In this document: one piece after another, positions 58,138-64,000 of the stretch | Layout of the letters: each line of letters opens with the position of its first letter | Position numbering within the stretch: position 1 is the first letter of the stretch | IMG/VR virus record: IMGVR_UViG_3300029319_000006 | Span: 82,763 to 146,762 of that record | Reading direction: 5' to 3' (one strand) | Source of the DNA: a virus | Length of the DNA stretch: 64,000 nucleotides | Position numbers and translations under genes: made by a program | The notes under the pieces: generated by a model | Told to the model about the DNA's origin: nothing | Databases searched by the model: none | The model's input: only the letters and a program-made list of their open reading frames with translations

Positions 58138-59066
58138 GCTAGATCCTTATCATGGTTTAATGTTCCCTTTTTCTTTTTTGCTATAAATGCATTTACTCTT
58201 GCATGTCCCCATTGTGATGGAGTTGTACCTGGTCTATGACCAGTCTTATGTGCAGCCACACCTCTTTGATATACTTTTTTCAAAGTATTTACAGATATTC
58301 CTGATGCTTTAGACTTATCAGCAAAGCTAGCTTCATCTATATCTTCTTTTGCTTTCTTTTTACCTGATTTCATATTAGCTAACCAGTGAGCCATACGTTG
58401 TTTTTCACCAGAACTATTCTTTGCAGTTTTTCTTAAATCACTTATACTTGCTTTAGTGTCTACACCTGATCTTTTTGCTAGACCTTTTCTTTCTGGATTT
58501 TTTCCATCCTTAAAGTTTTCTCCCATCATATTTCTAACATATGCTGTAAATGGAGAAATTTTGTTACTTTTTTTGCCATCACCTGGAGCTGGACCCTTTT
58601 TTTTATCTTTAAAATGTGCATCACGAGCTTTTTTAGTAGCTACTGACATATCATTTGAATAATATTTTGCTGGTTGAGTACCTTTTCTATCTTTAATATC
58701 AGGATCTTGTCTAACTGATGTAGCTTCTCCTTGAGCTTTTTTAATTTCATCTGGTGTTGGTGCATCCTTATGACCTTTAGGATTCATTGGTTCACCACGT
58801 TGCTGTTTTTGCTTTATATAATACCAAAGACCTTTTTTCTCATTTCTCATAATATCAGATATTTTAGCTCTTTTGATCATATTTGTATGCTTAGTTTTAT
58901 CTCTCTTTTTTTCTTTTTCTATAGATTTTTTAACTCTATCGAATCTACTAGTTGTTTCTTGATTCATTCTTGATAACACAGATATAGCGTGAGTATGCAT
59001 AGGATGATTAGGATTATTAGCTATAGATCTTAATCTTCTTTTGTTCATTAATTCTGGTGTATCCAT
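58134..59066 (-). CDS. Modular basic internal-head-like protein (DUF5824-like C-terminus)
   Basis: KS..SGI....L.KVY.RG.AA..TGHRPG.T..QWG.ARVN.F; several short basic modules separated by xxE sites. Confidence 0.65.
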   Translation of the reverse strand: MDTPELMNKRRLRSIANNPNHPMHTHAISVLSRMNQETTSRFDRVKKSIEKEKKRDKTKHTNMIKRAKISDIMRNEKKGLWYYIKQKQQRGEPMNPKGHKDAPTPDEIKKAQGEATSVRQDPDIKDRKGTQPAKYYSNDMSVATKKARDAHFKDKKKGPAPGDGKKSNKISPFTAYVRNMMGENFKDGKNPERKGLAKRSGVDTKASISDLRKTAKNSSGEKQRMAHWLANMKSGKKKAKEDIDEASFADKSKASGISVNTLKKVYQRGVAAHKTGHRPGTTPSQWGHARVNAFIAKKKKGTLNHDKDLA

Positions 59067-60178
59067 TACACTACCCTCTGTATAAATTTACTAAACTTTG
59101 TTGATTCTTTATTATTTTTCTTCTTTTTATTAATAACAACTGATGCTCTACTTAAACCTTTCTGTCCTGGAGTCATAGATTTCATTAATGCAACTGATTC
59201 AGGTGAACCATAATCAAGTTTGTAATTTTCAGTTGCTTTCTTGGCTACCGCGGTGGCAATAGCCATTTTCTTGTCCATAGGCATGTTTGGATTATCTCTT
59301 TGAATGGCCTTTGCAACTTTCTCCCTTTTCTTTAATTCATTAGGTGTTAGTTTTTTCTCCTCAATCTTTTCAACAGCGTGTAACCATTGTCTTGATTTAT
59401 TGTTAGCCGTTTCAATAATAACATAATTAGAGCCAAGAACACTAATAGTACCAACTTCATCAGTCTTTTTAACTATTACTTGTTCTCCAACTTCAAATAA
59501 GTTACCTTTGATAAATTGTTCCCTTCTATCCGATACTTTTTTTAGTTGTATATGATTCTTGAAGTCTGCCTGTTCTTTTAAACCCATTCCTTTCCGAACA
59601 GCATTAAATAATTGTTTAGCATTTGAGTTAGATACAGCATTAGGTAAACCTTGTGCAAATGTAGTAAAGTTATTATCCTTTGCTGCTTGTCTTTGCTTAG
59701 TTGCTGAAGCTCCAGATGCACCTTCGCCATCAGGATCTCTTTCTCCAGCTGATATAGCATTTATTTTTTCAAAATTATAAAATCCATGTCTAGCTTTTTT
59801 ACCATTATATTTGTTCATAAGAATATCAAATTCATTTACCCTATCAGAACCAACTACCATAACAACTCTTTTGAATCCTTCGTTATATAAAGCAGTCAAC
59901 ACTTCTATAGCTGTTCTTACTTTACTATTAATCATAACAGATCGAGCATGCTTCGGAAACATTTTCCTAACATGCTTAATCTTTTCTTTGTAGTGTAGAG
60001 GGTTTTTTCTTTTATCTTGTGATTGTGAAAGATAAATTCTGTATGGATTACGACCAGATTTAGTAGCTAGTTTATCTAATAATTTTCCATGACCAATAGT
60101 AGGAGGATTCATTCTCCCAAATGTAAAGAAGACCGTCTTCTCTTCTTCGACAAGAAATTGACTAAATCTGTTTATCAT
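59066..60178 (-). CDS. Cytidylyltransferase-like (HxGH) nucleotidyltransferase with capsid-targeting-like leader
   Basis: MINRFSQFLVEE; FTFGRMNPPTIGH.KL; NPL....K; VVGSDR; SAG.RDPD; SATK.R. Confidence 0.85.
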   Translation of the reverse strand: MINRFSQFLVEEEKTVFFTFGRMNPPTIGHGKLLDKLATKSGRNPYRIYLSQSQDKRKNPLHYKEKIKHVRKMFPKHARSVMINSKVRTAIEVLTALYNEGFKRVVMVVGSDRVNEFDILMNKYNGKKARHGFYNFEKINAISAGERDPDGEGASGASATKQRQAAKDNNFTTFAQGLPNAVSNSNAKQLFNAVRKGMGLKEQADFKNHIQLKKVSDRREQFIKGNLFEVGEQVIVKKTDEVGTISVLGSNYVIIETANNKSRQWLHAVEKIEEKKLTPNELKKREKVAKAIQRDNPNMPMDKKMAIATAVAKKATENYKLDYGSPESVALMKSMTPGQKGLSRASVVINKKKKNNKESTKFSKFIQRVV

Positions 60179-60181
60179 AAA

Positions 60182-60589
60182 TTACCCGCTTCGTCTGGCT
60201 ATTGCTGCTTTTCTAATTGATGGTCTTAATTTTTTGGCAAGACGTGTTATACGTGGTGTCATTTTATCAAGACGTTTCTCAATTTCTGCCTTTCTTGCGG
60301 GTGTGAGATCTGCTTTAGAAATACCTTTAGTAAGTTTCTTAGCCATTTGATTTCTGGCTGCTTTTCTAGCTCTTCTATCAACTACCTTAGCACTAGGTGC
60401 TCTTTTCATTGCTTTTTTTCTACCTACTCTTAAACGAGCTTGGTATTTCTTCATTTGACGAGCTTTAGCTCTTCTTTGCATCATATTAAGAGCTTCATTT
60501 ACTGGTTCACATTCACATGGATCACACTGACAGTCTGGTCCACATGGACATGTATCTTCTTTAATAAAGTCTTTAAATCTAAGTACCAT
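60182..60589 (-). CDS. Basic internal-head-like protein with N-terminal Cys cluster
   Basis: Start at 60589 (TAATG overlap): MVLRFKDFIKEDTCPCGPDCQCDPCECEPVNEAL..QR, then an Arg/Lys-rich helix. Confidence 0.7.
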   Translation of the reverse strand: MVLRFKDFIKEDTCPCGPDCQCDPCECEPVNEALNMMQRRAKARQMKKYQARLRVGRKKAMKRAPSAKVVDRRARKAARNQMAKKLTKGISKADLTPARKAEIEKRLDKMTPRITRLAKKLRPSIRKAAIARRSG

Positions 60590-61830
60590 TAATTTCTTCC
60601 CGGTTTGTCCCATCCCTTTAAGATATTAGGTGAAAAGTTGTTATATGAAAATTCCATACGATCAACAATTTTCACCGCATCACCACCAAGTTTATCAATT
60701 GCAACAAAGCCTTCTGCTCCTGTTACTTTAAATCCATTACGAGTTTTAACAAAAGTTTTTACATTACTTAACTTATTAAGAGTATTTATAAGTTTTAATT
60801 TAGCTAATACTATCACTTTTTGAAGGTCAAACATAAACTTCAAAGATGTTTTATTCTTTGCAGAAAAGAATGATAATATTTTATCTAGCTTTTGTTGTTG
60901 TCCAGCTTTTCCTTTATTCGTTTTTCTAGCGTCAATTTCTTTTTGATATCTCTTTGTAATCCAGCTAATGAGGCCAGATACGTGTCTTCCTGTATTTCCA
61001 ATAACTTGTCCTTTTCTGACGTATGTGTTATTATAGGTTTCAATGAGGCCCTGTAACTCTGGCGTTTGCTCCAATTGTCGTAGGGTTGATCCTGCAATTT
61101 TGTTGAACAAAAACCCAGCTTCTGAAAGATATTCATTAACCATCTCCGTATCTTTTTTTGACATAGTTACTTTAGTTAAATCACGAAGCATAGCATCTTG
61201 TGACCAAACTTGTTTTGAGGATTTGAATTGCTTAACATTAACTCCATATGATGCTTTCATTGTATCGAATGTTCTTCCAGTATATGTAGTATGCCAAACA
61301 ATTCCTATTTTAGAAGCCTTTATCATTTTAGCTGCTTCACTCTTCATAGGAACAGCATAAACTATAGTATTAGGATGAAATGTTAAATACTTTTCTCCTT
61401 TTATAACTTCAGATTTTACATCACCAGGACTATATAAAAAATCTCCTTGGACAACACCTTTTATTCCTAATGCTGGTAAATATCTCAAAGCCATTTTTAA
61501 TTTAGCATTAAGTTCACCAGATGTATCATTATCAACATCTGCATTAGTTTTATATACTTTAGGATTCTTATTAAAGATTCCTTTTTTTGCTACAAAAAAT
61601 TTACCATCACCAGGATCAGTACCAGCAAAGATAGCTGGTGCTCCATCCCATTTGACACTAACTGATCCATCATGTACTCCTCTTAACATATCACGTAGTT
61701 CACGTAGAGCTAATATTGCTTGGCGGGTACCTGAGACTCCTCCATAGATTACTTTATCTTCTATGTGAGTCATGTGTGTGTTTTTTTGTTCAGTTATAAA
61801 TTCAGAAAAATTCATCTTATTATCAATCAA
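60589..61830 (-). CDS. DUF6267-like protein with ligase-type covalent nucleotidyltransferase motifs
   Basis: MNFSEFITE leader (start 61815); KNTHM.H.ED; VKWDG (motif I), QGDF (III), EGFV (IV), VKIV (V). Confidence 0.7.
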   Translation of the reverse strand: MIDNKMNFSEFITEQKNTHMTHIEDKVIYGGVSGTRQAILALRELRDMLRGVHDGSVSVKWDGAPAIFAGTDPGDGKFFVAKKGIFNKNPKVYKTNADVDNDTSGELNAKLKMALRYLPALGIKGVVQGDFLYSPGDVKSEVIKGEKYLTFHPNTIVYAVPMKSEAAKMIKASKIGIVWHTTYTGRTFDTMKASYGVNVKQFKSSKQVWSQDAMLRDLTKVTMSKKDTEMVNEYLSEAGFLFNKIAGSTLRQLEQTPELQGLIETYNNTYVRKGQVIGNTGRHVSGLISWITKRYQKEIDARKTNKGKAGQQQKLDKILSFFSAKNKTSLKFMFDLQKVIVLAKLKLINTLNKLSNVKTFVKTRNGFKVTGAEGFVAIDKLGGDAVKIVDRMEFSYNNFSPNILKGWDKPGRN

Positions 61831-62890
61831 ATCTTACTCTAGGTGTAACAGTTACATTAGGCTCAACTCCTAAAAAGTTTATTAAAGAAGATGCTTTACG
61901 TTTCACTCTTGAAATAATATTTGATCCTAACTTTTTTATTTTTTCAAATGCTCTTTTAAAACCACCTTTAGTGAATTCTACTAGTGGATTAATCTGTGTA
62001 GTCTCTTCATCTAAGCTATTAACTATAAGAGATACAACTGACCAGAAATTATACTCTCCAGTTTTTACATTTTTTATTTTTCTTGAAGATGTTTTAAATC
62101 TAGCCTGTAGCTTCATTCGATCAGCTATTTTTGTGCAATAAGCATCATCATAAACTGATTTAATTGAAACTCTAGAACCACTATGATTAGCTACTAACAT
62201 ATATTCTGCTGCAGCATTATTATTTTTTCCAAACTTAATAAAACCAGACATAGCTTCTCTAGCAAAAGCAATCTTAAAGTCTTTATTAGACTCAAATAAT
62301 GAACCAAGAGATTTCATCATTTGCTTATGAGCTTTTTCTCCATCCATAACAACTTTGTTTTTACCTTGTTTTATTAAATCTCTCAATTTACCAGGAGCAA
62401 CAGATGCAGTAACAAATTTATCTAAAATTTCTTTAACTTCTGTTAGTTGAGGTGAGTTTTGTATTTTGCTTTCTTCTAATGCTGCTGCTAATGTTGCTCT
62501 TGTTTCTTCTCTTCCTCCAGACATTAATTGGGCTGTTCCAATTTTTAAAGATAGTCTTTTATTTCCTATTAATATATCTGTCTTAGGAGTCTTATTAGAA
62601 CCTCCATTTTGTTTCCAGAAACTAGAAAGATCAGTCTTAGCTCTACCATATTGTTCAGCTTTTACAAAAGATAATCTAAAATGTTTTTTTACAGCAGCTG
62701 CTATGGCTTCCCCAGATGCTAAAACTTCAGGATGAGAAACTAACATTTTAGCTGTAGCAGCTCCTACTCCTGTCTTTTCAGGATTAAAATTTTGGTTATG
62801 AATTTTATACCAACCTATAACGATAGCAGCTTCGTAATCTTCAGCTTTCAATTTGGCCTCCGTGAGTATATACGATTTAAACCGTTGCAT
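61823..62890 (-). CDS. PD-(D/E)xK nuclease-like protein with capsid-targeting-like leader
   Basis: MQRFKSYILTE; YE helix; TPKTDI......SLK catalytic-like pattern. Confidence 0.55.
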   Translation of the reverse strand: MQRFKSYILTEAKLKAEDYEAAIVIGWYKIHNQNFNPEKTGVGAATAKMLVSHPEVLASGEAIAAAVKKHFRLSFVKAEQYGRAKTDLSSFWKQNGGSNKTPKTDILIGNKRLSLKIGTAQLMSGGREETRATLAAALEESKIQNSPQLTEVKEILDKFVTASVAPGKLRDLIKQGKNKVVMDGEKAHKQMMKSLGSLFESNKDFKIAFAREAMSGFIKFGKNNNAAAEYMLVANHSGSRVSIKSVYDDAYCTKIADRMKLQARFKTSSRKIKNVKTGEYNFWSVVSLIVNSLDEETTQINPLVEFTKGGFKRAFEKIKKLGSNIISRVKRKASSLINFLGVEPNVTVTPRVRFD

Positions 62891-62909
62891 AGAATTCCTA
62901 TTTTCACAC

Positions 62910-62917
62910 TATTTATA
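62910..62917 (-). promoter_or_regulatory. T4-type late promoter TATAAATA heading the internal-protein operon
   Basis: Exact match, intergenic, 19 nt before the ATG at 62890. Confidence 0.7.
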
Positions 62918-62919
62918 TG

Positions 62920-63159
62920 TCAATCTTTTTCTATATAAAGCCTGTTACCATCCTTTTTTACTGAAAATTTGTATTGTTCAAAACCTGAATCTTTTAGATC
63001 TTGATTAAGTACTTTTACCATTTTATCAACATCCATGTAATCTTTACTATTATCCATAATACCTACAAGAGTAGGTTCTTTTATATCATTAATACACTTC
63101 ATTCTATCCTCCAAATTTATAACCAAATTCATCAATCTCTTTTTTACAATAATCTCCAA
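62920..63159 (-). CDS. Hypothetical protein (start uncertain)
   Basis: ORF filling the gap in a contiguous run; GGAGG SD before MKCIND. Confidence 0.55.
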   Translation of the reverse strand: MEIIVKKRLMNLVINLEDRMKCINDIKEPTLVGIMDNSKDYMDVDKMVKVLNQDLKDSGFEQYKFSVKKDGNRLYIEKD

Positions 63160-63664
63160 CTAATTTAATATACTTTTTATCTTTATAATAATCAACATAT
63201 TTTTCATTTTTCACATTAGACACATTAACTTTAAATAATGGAACATCACATTTAGTTCTTCTTTGAACTTCCTTAAAATCTTCTATTAGATTTTCATATC
63301 TTATAACATAATGAACAGCTGTTGTAAACCTTAGTTGGTCACTAGCTGGTATAAGATACTTTCTTCCTTTTGGTCTAGGATGAATATATGACTCAAGTAA
63401 ATATCTTTCAAATGAACAAGTAATTGATTTCTGTCTTACAAAAAATCTATACCAACTTACAGCTCTATCCCAAGGATTTCGTATTACACAAAAAGACCAT
63501 CCAAAGTCATCAAACAAATTATATAATCTTTGTGGAGAATTATGTCTAAGTTCATCAATATAAGCATCACCATTACAATTTCTTACTAACCATTCTTCTA
63601 TAGAAGATCCAGCATTTTTAGCTATATGAAAAAATGTAATATTTAAATCTTCAACTCTTACCAT
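63104..63664 (-). CDS. Sulfotransferase family 2-like protein
   Basis: FFHIAKNAGSSI (5'-PSB), VIRNPWDRAVSWY (3'-PB), RYENL.EDF. Confidence 0.88.
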   Translation of the reverse strand: MVRVEDLNITFFHIAKNAGSSIEEWLVRNCNGDAYIDELRHNSPQRLYNLFDDFGWSFCVIRNPWDRAVSWYRFFVRQKSITCSFERYLLESYIHPRPKGRKYLIPASDQLRFTTAVHYVIRYENLIEDFKEVQRRTKCDVPLFKVNVSNVKNEKYVDYYKDKKYIKLVGDYCKKEIDEFGYKFGG

Positions 63665-63833
63665 CTTCTTCTTTTGATCTTCTTTTTATATACTCATGGT
63701 ATCTTTCATTTTTGTAAGGATATTGTCCATTATGAATTTCAAACAAATTACCATCACTATCAACACCACATATAACAGAAGTAGAGTGGATAAAATCTAT
63801 CCACTCTTTCTCCATATCATACTCCCCTACCAT
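63651..63833 (-). CDS. Hypothetical protein
   Basis: 60-aa operonic ORF. Confidence 0.5.
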   Translation of the reverse strand: MVGEYDMEKEWIDFIHSTSVICGVDSDGNLFEIHNGQYPYKNERYHEYIKRRSKEEDGKS

Positions 63834-64000
63834 TAAGCAGGAGTAAATTCAATAGTGTTTTTTAGATCAGGTATATTGATTCTAGAAACATGTCTAGGTC
63901 TACCTTTTTTACCTTCAACAGCACCTAATTGATTATCTTGATATGTATAACGATTTACTGTCATATGATATTTTCCAAATTCATCTGCAATAATATTAAC
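63833..64000 (-). CDS. C-terminal fragment of a gene entering from beyond the window
   Basis: Open frame ...VNIIADEFGKYHMTVNRYTYQDNQLG...IEFTPA*, TAATG-coupled to the next ORF. Confidence 0.55.
   Translation of the reverse strand, partial: VNIIADEFGKYHMTVNRYTYQDNQLGAVEGKKGRPRHVSRINIPDLKNTIEFTPA

Noticed and set aside
30-62735. Short antisense or alternative-frame ORFs in the track (e.g. 30-251, 1851-2128, 5400-5624, 11023-11265, 12457-12738, 33248-33571, 57041-57343, 61043-61360)
   Set aside because: They lie within well-supported genes, lack SDs and motifs, and have shadow-frame composition.
1-64000. tRNA, rRNA or other structured RNA genes
   Set aside because: Intergenic gaps are nearly all under 100 nt and AT-rich, and no cloverleaf or T-loop pattern was seen. 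tRNAscan-SE/Infernal would be needed to exclude them formally.

Overview
A 64-kb, strongly AT-rich, gene-dense segment of a T4-like (myovirus) phage genome. The gene set is that of marine T4-like phages. SqdB type and promoter shape suggest an alphaproteobacterial host (inference). Layout: (1) 1-25.4 kb, baseplate/tail module (split DUF4815-type protein, gp8, gp9/10-like, gp7-like, gp6, gp25, a gp5 split over three genes, gp27-like, gp53, gp48, gp4, gp2, gp54, gp26, gp51-like, tape-measure-like). (2) 25.4-29.6 kb, gp32, gp33 and early genes under a repeated sigma70-type promoter. (3) 29.7-46.8 kb, a large glycan-building cluster: about 12 glycosyltransferase-like genes, UDP-sulfoquinovose synthase SqdB, a UDP-uronate epimerase, 3 methyltransferases and a radical SAM enzyme, interleaved with guaC, apt and iscA. 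(4) 47-55 kb, endolysin, RNase H, lipase, class II RNR and spanins. (5) 55-63 kb, a late operon of proteins with T4 capsid-targeting-like N-termini, including ligase-fold, HxGH nucleotidyltransferase and PD-(D/E)xK proteins. Best candidates for new biology: a -1 programmed frameshift (GGAGG-10 nt-T TTT TTA) fusing gp26 to gp51; a phage-encoded, possibly sulfoquinovose-containing virion glycosylation system, with Asp-Ser enrichment in outer baseplate proteins; and a head-packaged nuclease/ligase-like/nucleotidyltransferase set. No tRNA, rRNA, CRISPR or IS element was recognised. All assignments come from motif recognition by eye; no searches were run.
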